Positions 49,199 through 59,966 of a stretch of 64,000 bases of DNA are shown one piece after another (within the stretch, counting starts at the first letter, position 1; every line of letters begins with the position of its first letter). Below the pieces are notes generated by a model, which saw only the letters and a program-made list of their open reading frames with translations, ran no database searches and had not been told where the DNA came from. Source of the stretch: an uncultured Candidatus Saccharibacteria bacterium (GTDB taxonomy: Bacteria > Patescibacteriota > WWE3 > CAZQFB01); the NCBI GenBank assembly GCA_964592525.1, contig CAZQFB010000002.1:3310-67309 (forward strand). The letters run 5' to 3'. The position numbers and the translations under genes were made by a program.

Positions 49199-49812
49199 CC
49201 TGTCCCGCTAATAATCATCAAGACCTAACCAACTCCCCTGCTTCTGGTCAGGGTTTAATTGAAGCCATGCTGGCAGTAGCAGTTGTCATGGTCGTGATGT
49301 ATTCATTGCTCAATTTAGGGGCGCTGGGGTTAAGAAACTCTAGATTGGCTAGTGATCGGGTGGTGGCGACCAGATACCTACAGCAAGGGATTGAGCTTTT
49401 ACGGGCACAGCGTGACCAGAGTGGTGGTTGGAGTCAGCTAAGCGCGCTGCCGAAAGATACGGTCTTATGTTTAAATCCGCAAACGGGTGTAATTAGTGCG
49501 GGTGAACCTAATTGTTATTACGAAGACGGCGGTTTGAGGGAAGAATACCTTTTAAACCAGGTGTTTGAGCGGACGCTATTGGTGTCAAAGGTCTATCGTG
49601 CGGCAGCAGAAGCTTGTCCTAATGATTGTAGTGCCTGTGGTGAGATTACCAGTGCTGTGGGTGGTCATGTGGATGATTGTTCTCTGAAAATCACTGTGCA
49701 ATTGGCTTGGCCGGGGGTGAGCGCGAATTGCGAAGACCACCCGGTTTTAGGCGTGGTTGGTAATAAATATTGCTTGCGAACCAGCACCATACTGACTAAT
49801 TGGCGGCAATGA
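49195..49812 (+). CDS. Minor pilin-like protein
   Basis: GQGLIEAMLAV prepilin-like N-terminus; start overlaps upstream stop. Confidence 0.6.
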   Translation: MTCPANNHQDLTNSPASGQGLIEAMLAVAVVMVVMYSLLNLGALGLRNSRLASDRVVATRYLQQGIELLRAQRDQSGGWSQLSALPKDTVLCLNPQTGVISAGEPNCYYEDGGLREEYLLNQVFERTLLVSKVYRAAAEACPNDCSACGEITSAVGGHVDDCSLKITVQLAWPGVSANCEDHPVLGVVGNKYCLRTSTILTNWRQ

Positions 49813-50468
49813 TAAAACAAAAAGGTTTTACCATGATTGAGGTGTTGTTGACCTTGGGGGTCTTGTCCCTTATTTCAACCGTAGCCTTAACCATCTTTCA
49901 AGAAACAATGGCGACTTACCAAAAAGCTAATAATATGTTGGAGCTGGAAAGCAACGGTGGTTACGTGCTTAGCCTGCTAGAGGAAAAAATTAGGTCCGCG
50001 CAGGCAGTGTTAGCTTATAAGGATTATGACAGTTGTACGGAAGGGTGTGCGAGTAGTTGGCTTTTGTTAGTTCCGGCTCATAAAACAGTTTCAGTGGCGT
50101 GCATTTATCTGGGCCATGTTCATGACTCTGGGGGCGATCCTGACCTGTGGCCGAATAATGGGTATGTTTTTCTGCAGGAAGGGACGTCTGCCCAATGTAC
50201 TGCGCTTAACCCTGCGGAGGATCTGGATGGCAGTCTGCTTGATAGTTGGCAGACAGCAGCGCTGTCCAATCGCAACCAAGACGATCCCTTTAATGGTGTT
50301 AATGTGTCCTCGTTAGTATTTATGATTGCGCAACAGGTGGGTAATGACCCAGCCACAGTGGGGATTGCTTTGGATTTAAAGCAAGGCGTGAGTGGCAATC
50401 CGCTAACCGTGGTACCAGAAAATAAAAAAGCCTCTTTGCACCTAGAAACTACTGTTTCTCTGCGCTAA
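49800..50468 (+). CDS. Minor pilin-like protein
   Basis: KG/FTMIEVLLTLGV prepilin motif. Confidence 0.7.
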   Translation: MAAMIKQKGFTMIEVLLTLGVLSLISTVALTIFQETMATYQKANNMLELESNGGYVLSLLEEKIRSAQAVLAYKDYDSCTEGCASSWLLLVPAHKTVSVACIYLGHVHDSGGDPDLWPNNGYVFLQEGTSAQCTALNPAEDLDGSLLDSWQTAALSNRNQDDPFNGVNVSSLVFMIAQQVGNDPATVGIALDLKQGVSGNPLTVVPENKKASLHLETTVSLR

Positions 50469-50480
50469 AATAAAGAAAGT

Positions 50481-52907
50481 ATGCTGCCCCAAAAGAGTCT
50501 GCTTAAATTAACTACTTCTTTAATTTTCACCTTGGCTTGGCTGGTTAGTTATCCCTCTGTGGCGCAAGCGGAGGATCAGTGGCAGGTGGTGGGTGATTAT
50601 CCAGGCACTATTAATAATTCTTTTAATGAGGTTTTAGATGAAAAAGCTCCTAATTGTACCGATGGTAGTATTTACTCCTTAAACGGTCATTTGTATGTAA
50701 TTATAGATGGACCTTATTATCGCACAACTGTTTATCGGCTGGATGGCAATTCATGGGTAAATATTGGAGAAATTACTAAAAGTAGCGGTTCAAGTAATCC
50801 TGGAAAAGCTATGACATACTACCAAGATAATCTTTATGCTATTAGCCGTGCCTACACTAGAGAATACATTTTTCCTGATGGTGATATTACTACTCAATGG
50901 GATAGTACGGGAGTTGATCATTACACTGAGGTAGATGAAGACGTACTAGCTCCCATAGCGGGAGATACCAACGATCACATTTATGGTCGTATGAATGATG
51001 TCGATCAATTCAGCCTGAGTGATCCCACCAAAAATGAGACTGCTAATCGAATAGATATTCATTTTTACGGTAGGGGGATCCATGACAAACCCGATAACAC
51101 TGATTGGGCCCCTGTATTGGTGGAACTTATGCTTGATGGCGTGGCAATATCCGATGATACTTTAAGTTTGCCCAATAACAACTGGGGTTGGTTTACCACT
51201 AATCACGCGAATAATGTTGAATTAACACCTTCAGAGTTAAACAGGTTAGAGCTCAAATTAACACCCAACCATGTACAAGACATGACAACTTATTATATTG
51301 CTGCTGTCGTCGTGGAGGTATCATATGATTCAGCACTAACGGCAGCGAAATATATTTCTGATAATAATTGGCAACCCTTAGGCAATACCTCCCTAGATTG
51401 TGATGATACAGGCAGTGCTTATTTTAGCTGCAATACTACTGGTGTGACTGGTTTTTGGGGTTATAACAATAAACTGTATGTAGGTACTGGTGCTTCTACT
51501 GGTCCGAAAGTGTTTGAGTGGAATGGTTCTACTTGGTCTTTAGTGGGATCATCTGGGCTGGGTGATCGTGCGGGGGGAACCGATCGGGGTAGTCTTGATT
51601 TACTTACTCATGACTCAAGCCTGGTGGCGGGAGGTATGCAGAACACAACCTGCACAGTATGCCTTTCACCCGGTAATTGTGTGCCTGGGGTTTCATGTTC
51701 CTTAGCTTCAATATATAAATTTAATTCTGCTAATAATTGGAGTTATCTTGCTTATGATAATGACACCACTATGACCGCTGTTGCTGACACTAATGCTCGT
51801 TCTTTAGTGGAAATTGCCAGTACTTTATACACGCATGATGTAAATAGTGTTTATAAATACATTCCTGATGCGGGGCATCCTGACCCCGATATTATGGGTT
51901 TAGTGGGGAGTCGGAGGTTTAATTCTCCTGCGCAAAATGTAGGTATGACCTCTTGTGATAATTATTTATACACCCATGCTTCTAGGTCTAGCTTTGGCAC
52001 CTGGGATGAGGTTTATCGCTTTGATACTACTAGTGGTACTCAATGGGACATGGTCGGTGATTATTTTGCACTGGGTGAAAAGCATCTGTACCACGGGGTG
52101 CACAGCATCACCACCTTAAATGATAAGGTTTATGTTCTTACTAAACAGTCATTGGATGATCTTGAGTTTCATATTTTAGTTAGTTACAAAGGATTGCTGT
52201 CTAATTTTGAACCATATCCTGCTGTGCAAGTGTGGGAGTATACCGGCGCGGCGGGCAGTTGCGGTGCCGTCAATGGCACTATCAGCGGCGTGGTGTTTGA
52301 GGATGAGGATCTGGATGGTCTTTATGATACGGGCGAAAGTTATAAGTCTGGGGTGGTCGTAAGCCTTAATCCCGGAGGTCTTTCCGTCAATTCCTTAGCA
52401 GCGGACCCAAGCTATACTTTCACCGAGCTAGACCCTAGTCCCACGTACTCCCTAGCGATTACGTTGCCCAGTGGCTGGGTGGCCACCACACCCTACCAGG
52501 TTGGTAACATTGTCTTTAATGAAACCACTCCCTCTTACACCATCAACTTTGGTTTGATCCAAGGCGGTACCCTTCAAGGTACGGTTTGGGAAGATGAGGA
52601 CAAGCAATGCGACATTGATCCCGGTGAGCAAAATTACACTGGTGCAGTGGTTGATCTTCAGTTTGACCACAGCTTGTCCACCTCAAACCCTCAACTAAAA
52701 TATGATGTAGCCACCTCATCGGAGATCACCACGGGTACTAATTTTTCTTGGCTGGTGGCGCCTGGTAGTTATACCGTCAGCGTGGACTCTAGTCCTTGGG
52801 CACCTTCGGGGTACGATGCTACTACTGACACCAGTGTTAGTGGGGTGGTGGTTACTAAAGGCGGCACAACCACTACGTCAGCAGCAAGTTGTCTTAACTT
52901 GGAGTGA
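50481..52907 (+). CDS. Large secreted protein with C-terminal SdrD-B/Cna-B-like repeats (candidate pilus-associated adhesin)
   Basis: Signal peptide; repeated G.V.EDED.DG.YD.GE motifs near C-terminus; embedded in pilus operon. Confidence 0.5.
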   Translation: MLPQKSLLKLTTSLIFTLAWLVSYPSVAQAEDQWQVVGDYPGTINNSFNEVLDEKAPNCTDGSIYSLNGHLYVIIDGPYYRTTVYRLDGNSWVNIGEITKSSGSSNPGKAMTYYQDNLYAISRAYTREYIFPDGDITTQWDSTGVDHYTEVDEDVLAPIAGDTNDHIYGRMNDVDQFSLSDPTKNETANRIDIHFYGRGIHDKPDNTDWAPVLVELMLDGVAISDDTLSLPNNNWGWFTTNHANNVELTPSELNRLELKLTPNHVQDMTTYYIAAVVVEVSYDSALTAAKYISDNNWQPLGNTSLDCDDTGSAYFSCNTTGVTGFWGYNNKLYVGTGASTGPKVFEWNGSTWSLVGSSGLGDRAGGTDRGSLDLLTHDSSLVAGGMQNTTCTVCLSPGNCVPGVSCSLASIYKFNSANNWSYLAYDNDTTMTAVADTNARSLVEIASTLYTHDVNSVYKYIPDAGHPDPDIMGLVGSRRFNSPAQNVGMTSCDNYLYTHASRSSFGTWDEVYRFDTTSGTQWDMVGDYFALGEKHLYHGVHSITTLNDKVYVLTKQSLDDLEFHILVSYKGLLSNFEPYPAVQVWEYTGAAGSCGAVNGTISGVVFEDEDLDGLYDTGESYKSGVVVSLNPGGLSVNSLAADPSYTFTELDPSPTYSLAITLPSGWVATTPYQVGNIVFNETTPSYTINFGLIQGGTLQGTVWEDEDKQCDIDPGEQNYTGAVVDLQFDHSLSTSNPQLKYDVATSSEITTGTNFSWLVAPGSYTVSVDSSPWAPSGYDATTDTSVSGVVVTKGGTTTTSAASCLNLE

Positions 52908-52930
52908 GCTAAAAATAATATGGAGGTAAC

Positions 52931-53482
52931 ATGAACAAAAAAGCAGTCATCTTAATAGGATCCTTAATCGTGCTTATATTTTTGGGTTTAGCGACTTGGT
53001 ATATCAATCATAACCCAAAAAACACTTCCGAGGCTGCTCAAATAGCAGTGCCTTTTGGCAGCCATGAAAGTGGCGCGCAAAATAGCCAAGCAAATTTAGC
53101 CAACGATCCTCGTTATAAGGACTACCGTACGGAACCAGTACCACCCTCCTCTGACTTTAGTGTGTTTTTAACTGATGCTTTTGGTACCGAGATAGCCAAC
53201 GATTCGGTGATTACCGTTGATGACTCCAGTTATATCACTAATTATGACCTGCACTTTCCTAATTTAGGTCAGCTGGAAAGTGGAGAGAGTTACACCTTAT
53301 GGTTACAAACGGACGAGGGTGCCCGCACACTGCTAGGTCAACTTGAGGTGGCGGAAGGTGTGGGTGTCTATCAGGCAGCAGGGTCAAGAGTGAAAGCGGG
53401 CTGGAGCATTTTGGTGATATATGAAAATAGCGCTAATGAAGAAAACCTGATTTACCGAGGCAGATTAATACCTAAGCCATAA
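52931..53482 (+). CDS. Hypothetical membrane-anchored protein
   Basis: 183 aa, N-terminal TM. Confidence 0.4.
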   Translation: MNKKAVILIGSLIVLIFLGLATWYINHNPKNTSEAAQIAVPFGSHESGAQNSQANLANDPRYKDYRTEPVPPSSDFSVFLTDAFGTEIANDSVITVDDSSYITNYDLHFPNLGQLESGESYTLWLQTDEGARTLLGQLEVAEGVGVYQAAGSRVKAGWSILVIYENSANEENLIYRGRLIPKP

Positions 53483-55776
53483 TGAAAAACCACCCTCCCC
53501 TACTTGGCTTAGTCACCATTATGACCTTACTGGGAGTGGGTTGGTTAGTGGTGCGTGAGGTCCAGGCCAGTTTTGGTGTTTATCCCAAGAATGGCACTTT
53601 TACTGGCTATGTGTTTGAGGATTTAGATAGTGATGGGGTGAGAGATGTCGGCGAACCCAACTATAACTTTACCCTCAACCCTTATTACTCTATTACATAC
53701 CAGGGTCCCGAGAATGGTAACTTGTTGGTTAACGGTGCTGTATCTCCTACTAAAAATCTGGTTTCCAATGAGGTGCGGCCTGGTTTGTATACGGTTAATT
53801 TTGGTACCCTGCCCGCGGGTTTTATGTTAACCACTTCACCAAGCCAGCAGGTTAATGTACCACCAGGGGGAGTGGCTCCGGAGGTTTTGTCTTTTGGCAT
53901 TAAAGTTGGCCCCCCACGGATAGAGGGCGTGGTGTGTGATGATTCAAATAATAATAATAGTTGTGACGCGGGGGAAGAATTAAGCGGAATAACTGTGGGT
54001 TACACCACACCCACTTTAGGCAGTAACTTTGTGACCACACCCACCACTCAAATTGCGAGCTGCTCTGGTTGTAACTACACGACCATGGAGAACACGCCCT
54101 CACTTTACCCAGGCACTAATCTAGTAGCAGTCACTATTCCGCTGGGGAAAATACTTAAGTCACCTACACAACCACAACAGAAAGAGTTAGTGCTGGGAGA
54201 ACATTGGCAGGTTGATTTTGTTTTTGGTGGTGAAACGGATGGTCGGATTGGTGGCTATCTGTGGAATGACTATAACCAAAATAGCTTATATGATGAGGAA
54301 GAAGACGAAACGATATTAAATGACCAGCGATTTACGATTTCTGTTTGGGAAGGTGGTCATGAGTACTTCTCTGCTCCTCCTCATCCGGCGGCTGGTACTT
54401 ACCTGACTGACCTTCTGACCCCTGCTTCCGATTACAATGTTAACTTAGAGCTGCCTTGGGGATATTGTTTGGGTGATCTGGGGGTGGCGGAGGTAGGTTG
54501 GAATGATAATGAGTCTGTTTATGAATATGCAGTTAAAGAGTCTCCTCTGGAGACCGGTTCAGTGATTGAAGTGACTGGTGGTGCGGTGTCTACCGTTAAT
54601 TTAGGTGTGTTGTCTGATTATGATCTCTCGCAAGACCCACCAACGGATGTTATTTTAACGCCTCCTGATGAGGCTACCGTCCGGCTGATTATTGATGATG
54701 TGGGAGATGCTACTCCCTGTTGGGGGGGTGGTGATGTCTCTGTTGCTTTTGACGACAGTGGCTGGCCACCAGGATTAACTTTCAGCACAACTCCGCCTGT
54801 ACCGGCTCTTCTTGATCCCAACTCTAAACCGGATTTTTATCTGACAATTTCTGCTGATAGCACAGTGCATGATGGTATTTATCCATATGAATATATAGCT
54901 ACTAATCCTTTCCGCGGTAAAGTGCTGGGGGGGTACAATGTGGTCGTTGGTTTGCGTAGCTGGCTTCAGCTGGTTGACTTAGATGTGTTTTCAGCCTACA
55001 CCGGTATTGAACCACCCATTAATTTTGTGCTGCCCCAGACTCCTTGTTGTGGATACTCTCCCTATTTAGTGACGAGAAGCACGTCGGCTTGGGGGGGTGG
55101 TGATTTAGGTGGGATGGCCGTGGCGGTGGGCCAAATAGACATTGCGGTGACCACTACGGCTGGAGATCCCGCGGCTAGCAGCCGGAGTTGGGTCTTGAAT
55201 CAGTATACAGGTGATCTTGGTTTGCCCCTTAGTGAGTTGGCGCTTGGTTTGGTGAGTACAGAGTGTGATTTTGACCAGCTGGTACCGGGGGGTGCTTGCC
55301 AGTACGAAGGTAAGTACCTGCCAGATGGTTATGACCTTACCGGAGTGGGCGTGGCGGTGGTTTATGTGCCAGATGATTTGTTTATTAATACAGATTTTAG
55401 ATCGGACGCGGTTAATGAACGGGTGATCATTGTCGTTGCTGGTGAGATTAAGATTGCAGGGTCAGTGGGCGTGCCCTACAACCCCCCCTCCACGTACGCT
55501 AATATTGAAGCGGTGCTGATTACTTTAGACGGCTGGGATATTATTCTGGATAGTAATGATAATTTAAGTGAACAACTGCGCCTGACTGGTGGCTTGTATG
55601 CTTCCGGGCATCTGGAAAATATGCGTGAGGTCCAGGAAAGTGGTGGTCAGGTTAATACCTTCCCGTCTTTGGTGGTGAGCAGGGATCCGTTCTATTACCA
55701 TACGCCTATCTATCAGTTTTCAAAAGTAAAATTGCACTGGCGAGAAGTTAATTTTATGCCAACTAACTATGACTAA
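53482..55776 (+). CDS. Large secreted protein with SdrD-B-like repeats (second candidate pilus-associated adhesin)
   Basis: N-terminal anchor; GYVFEDLDSDGVRDVGEP and GGYLWNDYNQNSLYDEEED motifs. Confidence 0.5.
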   Translation: MKNHPPLLGLVTIMTLLGVGWLVVREVQASFGVYPKNGTFTGYVFEDLDSDGVRDVGEPNYNFTLNPYYSITYQGPENGNLLVNGAVSPTKNLVSNEVRPGLYTVNFGTLPAGFMLTTSPSQQVNVPPGGVAPEVLSFGIKVGPPRIEGVVCDDSNNNNSCDAGEELSGITVGYTTPTLGSNFVTTPTTQIASCSGCNYTTMENTPSLYPGTNLVAVTIPLGKILKSPTQPQQKELVLGEHWQVDFVFGGETDGRIGGYLWNDYNQNSLYDEEEDETILNDQRFTISVWEGGHEYFSAPPHPAAGTYLTDLLTPASDYNVNLELPWGYCLGDLGVAEVGWNDNESVYEYAVKESPLETGSVIEVTGGAVSTVNLGVLSDYDLSQDPPTDVILTPPDEATVRLIIDDVGDATPCWGGGDVSVAFDDSGWPPGLTFSTTPPVPALLDPNSKPDFYLTISADSTVHDGIYPYEYIATNPFRGKVLGGYNVVVGLRSWLQLVDLDVFSAYTGIEPPINFVLPQTPCCGYSPYLVTRSTSAWGGGDLGGMAVAVGQIDIAVTTTAGDPAASSRSWVLNQYTGDLGLPLSELALGLVSTECDFDQLVPGGACQYEGKYLPDGYDLTGVGVAVVYVPDDLFINTDFRSDAVNERVIIVVAGEIKIAGSVGVPYNPPSTYANIEAVLITLDGWDIILDSNDNLSEQLRLTGGLYASGHLENMREVQESGGQVNTFPSLVVSRDPFYYHTPIYQFSKVKLHWREVNFMPTNYD

Positions 55777-56764
55777 ACTAAAGTCACCGACCATTCAAAT
55801 CTTTAATCAAGAACCACCGGAAGGTCAGGTGCTGTTATTGATTTTGTTAGTGATGGGAGTGGCCCTTAGTGTTGGTTTGGCTGTCTCTTCCAGGTCTTTG
55901 GGTTCTCTCAAGCAAACCTCCGATGCAACGGAAGCGGTTATTTGTTTAGATGCAGCCGAGGCTGGCATTGAAGATGTTCTGCAGGCTTTAAGTGATCCTA
56001 GCCAAGCATTGCAGTATGAGCTGTGTAACAGTGATAACTTAGCAGATGATAGCTGGGATGATGTGGCGGCTCCCGATGATAATATTATTGTGTGTGATTT
56101 GGATAATAATGTTTGTGGTGGGAAAGAGAAGATAGCTGATCCGGGGTATGATGTAGCTTACTGTCTCTGGCAAAACGACGGTCAATACCACACTGTTAAC
56201 GTACCCCAAGACGACCCCTTGGAAGTGATCTTAACCAAAACAGGCTATACACCCCGCCCAAGCAGTATTGATCTGCACTGGTCTGGGGGTGCTGCTGTGC
56301 CTTATTTTTCGCTGGAAGGATTGAACACGTCTAATTGGACGGCAGCCACTTTAGATAAAGGTATTCATGACTTGAGTGCTGCGGATGGGTGTGGTTTGGC
56401 TGATACTAGAGACAACGACCCTAATACCAGTAGTAGTTCGGCGTTAATTGCTGGTGGTCAAAAAATTAATCTGCTAGTCCCGCCGTTAGATGGGGGCTAT
56501 CCTTCTGACGTAGTTAAACTACGGTTGCGTTTTTTGTGTGAGGATGTAGCTGAAATATATGTAGTGGGCAAAGATTGTGCGGGGTTGGATTGTTCTGGCG
56601 GCGAAGTCGCCTTGCCACCCAATGCGTACACAATCCGTTCCACTTGCCTTAACCAGAAAGTCAGTCGGACTTTGGAGGTGGTTAAAAGCCAGGCGGTTCT
56701 ACCAGCACTATTTGATTTTGGGGTTTATTCGGGTTCAACCACCTTACCTTTAGAAGAGGAGTAA
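55769..56764 (+). CDS. Hypothetical membrane-anchored protein in pilus operon
   Basis: N-terminal hydrophobic helix; no canonical prepilin motif. Confidence 0.4.
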   Translation: MTKLKSPTIQIFNQEPPEGQVLLLILLVMGVALSVGLAVSSRSLGSLKQTSDATEAVICLDAAEAGIEDVLQALSDPSQALQYELCNSDNLADDSWDDVAAPDDNIIVCDLDNNVCGGKEKIADPGYDVAYCLWQNDGQYHTVNVPQDDPLEVILTKTGYTPRPSSIDLHWSGGAAVPYFSLEGLNTSNWTAATLDKGIHDLSAADGCGLADTRDNDPNTSSSSALIAGGQKINLLVPPLDGGYPSDVVKLRLRFLCEDVAEIYVVGKDCAGLDCSGGEVALPPNAYTIRSTCLNQKVSRTLEVVKSQAVLPALFDFGVYSGSTTLPLEEE

Positions 56765-57826
56765 TTGATAAACATGTCTGCCACTTATGAATTTTTTGGT
56801 TTGGATATCGGCTCGTACTGGATTAAAGGAGTGCAGTTACATCCTAATAAAGAAGGCACTTTTTCGCTGGTTTCTTTTGGCGTAATCCCCTCCCCGGTTA
56901 ATCTGGCTTTAAGCGATCATGAGGGAGATCTGCGTACCATGTCGGAAGGTCTCAAGGAACTGGTACGCGCCTACAAGCTACCCCCAGCCGTAGTAACCAC
57001 TCTCCCGGAAGGGTTACTGTTTAGTTTTGTGATTGATTTTCCGCGCATGAGTGAGAAGGAGTTAGCCAAATCTTTGCAATGGGAAGCCGAGCAATACCTA
57101 CCCATGCCACTGGAGGAGGTATCTTTGGATTACACAATTTTGGAGCCAACGGGACGGTTGAAAAATCAAGAACGGATGGAGGTGGCTTTTATCGCGGCAC
57201 CGAAAAAATTAGTTAATAAATACCTGCGCGTTATTGAACAAGCAGGTCTTGAAGTACTGGCGGTGGAAAACCAAACAACAGCAGTGGTGCGGTCTTTAGC
57301 AGTGGGAGCAGTTGATACCCCCACGACGATCTACATCTCCTTAGGCGCTTTAGCGACTGATTTTGCCATTGTGCGCACGGGGGCGGTCCGCTTTACCCGT
57401 AGTATCCCCACCGGTGGTGGGGTGATGACCCGCGCTGTCGCGGAAAAGTTGGGTTTTGACAGCCAACGCGCTGAAGAATACAAGAAAAGTCAGGGTGTAA
57501 CCGAGGAAGGCGTGGAAGGTAAGATGCGGGAAGCTTTGGCTCCGGTGGTTGATTTGTTGGTTTCCGAAGTACGACGAGCGATGACCTTTTATGCCTCTCG
57601 CTATCACCCTGATTCCATTAAACGAGCGGTGTTGTTTGGTGGTTCGGCCTTGTTGCCGGGTTTGCTGCCTTACCTGGCGGGGCATCTTGACTTAGAGATT
57701 GAGTTGGCTAATTCAACCCGACTGATTACCTACCCCCCTGAAAGTAGCAGTTTAAAAGAACAGTTTATTCAATTATCACCAATCACTACTGTGGCGATTG
57801 GTTTAGCCATGAAAAGAATAGCCTAA
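56765..57826 (+). CDS. pilM: Type IV pilus assembly protein PilM
   Basis: Actin-like ATPase fold signature FFGLDIGS; position before pilN-pilO. Confidence 0.8.
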   Translation: MINMSATYEFFGLDIGSYWIKGVQLHPNKEGTFSLVSFGVIPSPVNLALSDHEGDLRTMSEGLKELVRAYKLPPAVVTTLPEGLLFSFVIDFPRMSEKELAKSLQWEAEQYLPMPLEEVSLDYTILEPTGRLKNQERMEVAFIAAPKKLVNKYLRVIEQAGLEVLAVENQTTAVVRSLAVGAVDTPTTIYISLGALATDFAIVRTGAVRFTRSIPTGGGVMTRAVAEKLGFDSQRAEEYKKSQGVTEEGVEGKMREALAPVVDLLVSEVRRAMTFYASRYHPDSIKRAVLFGGSALLPGLLPYLAGHLDLEIELANSTRLITYPPESSSLKEQFIQLSPITTVAIGLAMKRIA

Positions 57827-57857
57827 AAAATGCTACAATTTAAACGAGGATCTGCCC

Positions 57858-58424
57858 ATGCCCACAAGTGATATTAACCTAGTCCCAAAAGAAGTTCAGC
57901 TCCAGAAAAAAAAGCGCAATTACCAGCGAGCTTGGTTAATTGGTGGCGTGGTTCAATTTGTGTTGGTGTTGGCGGTGACAGTGGCGTTGATACTCATTAA
58001 CTTATCACAAAACCGAGCGATTACTTCAGCCCAGAAAGATATTGACCGGGATTTGAAAATAATCAGTTCACAACTAGCAACTTTGGGTGTGGTTAAAGAT
58101 ATTGAAAACAGAACCAATTATGTGCGGCAGGTTTTTTCCACCCGTAATTATTATTCCAAGTTACTATCCCTTATGCCCACCCTTTTGCCCCAAGGAGCAA
58201 CCGTGCAACAGTTATCGGTGACTGGGGATACCCTTAAACTAGTTGGTACTGCTCTTAGTACGGTTGATGTGGCTAAGTTTTTAAAAGTGGCAGTTGCTCC
58301 GGATCAAGGCGGTCAATATTTTAAGAGCGTCCAATTACGGTCTGTGTCACTTAATCAGGGTAGCGGTACGGTTCAGTTTTTAATTCACTTAGATTTAATT
58401 AAAGGAGTATTGGGTAAAGAATGA
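57858..58424 (+). CDS. pilN: Type IV pilus assembly protein PilN
   Basis: N-terminal INLVP motif, single TM. Confidence 0.75.
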   Translation: MPTSDINLVPKEVQLQKKKRNYQRAWLIGGVVQFVLVLAVTVALILINLSQNRAITSAQKDIDRDLKIISSQLATLGVVKDIENRTNYVRQVFSTRNYYSKLLSLMPTLLPQGATVQQLSVTGDTLKLVGTALSTVDVAKFLKVAVAPDQGGQYFKSVQLRSVSLNQGSGTVQFLIHLDLIKGVLGKE

Positions 58425-59287
58425 GACCGTTTAAAAACCCCCAACTGAAGGTAAAACTAAAAGATTTAGCACCAGTGGTGTTACTCTTACTTTCTTGCCT
58501 ACTTTTATTTCTGGTTATCATGCCACAGTTTCGGCGGGTTCGTGAGCTAAATGAGCAGAGAAAAGCCATCCAGCTCAAACGGGATGAGCTGGCACAAAGG
58601 GTTAACCTGATTAGAAGTTATACGGTGTCTCTGAATTTATTAACGGCCGACCAGACTTTACTAACGCGTGCTCTGCCAGCTAAAGAAGAAATACCAACCT
58701 TGATGGGTCAGGTTCAGCAAATCGCTCGTGAGGCGGGGGTGACTTTAGGCACCTTGAATTATTCAGGTCGGGTCGTGGGAGCAGGAGACGCAGTGGGTAA
58801 GGTGACCGTGCAAGCAGGAATTAATGGTAATTTTAAAACCATCACGCGCTTTTTGGAGTTGTTGGAACAATCGTCACGGCTGCTGGATACCATGAGTCTT
58901 AATTTGAGCGGTCAGGGTGTTGGTTTGTCCCTGTCCATGCCTCTTGATGCTTATTATTACCCTGCTGAAGAGGTCACCGAGCCTAATGTGGTAATCACTT
59001 TAAACACTTCTTCTCCAGAATACATTACTACTTTAGCTAAAGTGAAAGCTCTTAAATATTATGATATTCCGGTGGATACCGGTCGGGGTATTGGCAAAGA
59101 CGATCCTTTTAGCGCTGTTGGTACCACTCCTAAGGTGGAAGAAGTACCTAAGCCCTCACCACAGCAAGAGCAACCCCCGACTGACGCCACAAACCAGTCA
59201 ACTGACCAAGTGCCACTACCTCCAGCTACCTCTCCCACCCAACCAAGTGGGTTGGTGCCTGTTCCCCCATCACCGGTTGCGCAATAA
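58421..59287 (+). CDS. pilO: Type IV pilus assembly protein PilO-like with Pro-rich C-terminus
   Basis: Single TM, coiled-coil, position after pilN. Confidence 0.65.
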   Translation: MRPFKNPQLKVKLKDLAPVVLLLLSCLLLFLVIMPQFRRVRELNEQRKAIQLKRDELAQRVNLIRSYTVSLNLLTADQTLLTRALPAKEEIPTLMGQVQQIAREAGVTLGTLNYSGRVVGAGDAVGKVTVQAGINGNFKTITRFLELLEQSSRLLDTMSLNLSGQGVGLSLSMPLDAYYYPAEEVTEPNVVITLNTSSPEYITTLAKVKALKYYDIPVDTGRGIGKDDPFSAVGTTPKVEEVPKPSPQQEQPPTDATNQSTDQVPLPPATSPTQPSGLVPVPPSPVAQ

Positions 59288-59965
59288 CTCTGGGCGCTGC
59301 TTCTGGGTTTTGCCCAGAGCTTGCTGCTGTCGCCAGTGGGTGATGGCTTGATGGTTACCCGATAACAGTACCTCTGGGACCTTTAATCCCTGAAACTCAC
59401 GTGGCTTTGTGTATTGTGGGTATTCAAGTATCGGTTGACCCTGCTCATTTTTGAGGTTAAAGGATTCTTCCAGGAAAGAAGCGCTGCTGCCTAAGATGCC
59501 TGGTCTTAATCGGGCGGTGGCTTCAATTAAGACTAGGGCCGGTAGCTCACCACCCATGAGTACATAATTGCCAATGGAGATTTCCTCATCAATTAAGTGC
59601 GTGCGCACTCTTTCATCAACTCCTTCATAGTGACCACAAATTAAGAGCAGGTGGTCTTGTTGGCTTAGCGCTTGTGCCTTTTCTTGATTTAGCAGTTGAC
59701 CTTGGGGACTTAGTAAAATAAGCCGGGCTTGGTGGTTTGGGTCAATGGCTCTGACAGCATTAAAGATCGGCTCTACTCTTAAAATCATGCCCGCTCCCCC
59801 ACCAAAAGGTTTATCATCCACCGTGCCTCTTTGGTCTATGCTCCACTGGCGTAGTTGGTATAGATCAATTTTTATTTTCTGTTCTTGTTGTGCTCGTTTG
59901 AGAATGGAAGTGTTAAGAGTGCTCGTAAAAGCTTCCGGAAAAAGAGTTAAGACCGAGTAAGTCAT
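59270..59965 (-). CDS. trmD: tRNA (guanine37-N1)-methyltransferase
   Basis: 231 aa, SPOUT-fold TrmD pattern (LTLFPE ... GGGAGM ... CGHYEGVDERV). Confidence 0.9.
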   Translation of the reverse strand: MTYSVLTLFPEAFTSTLNTSILKRAQQEQKIKIDLYQLRQWSIDQRGTVDDKPFGGGAGMILRVEPIFNAVRAIDPNHQARLILLSPQGQLLNQEKAQALSQQDHLLLICGHYEGVDERVRTHLIDEEISIGNYVLMGGELPALVLIEATARLRPGILGSSASFLEESFNLKNEQGQPILEYPQYTKPREFQGLKVPEVLLSGNHQAITHWRQQQALGKTQKQRPELLRNR

Positions 59966-59966
59966 G

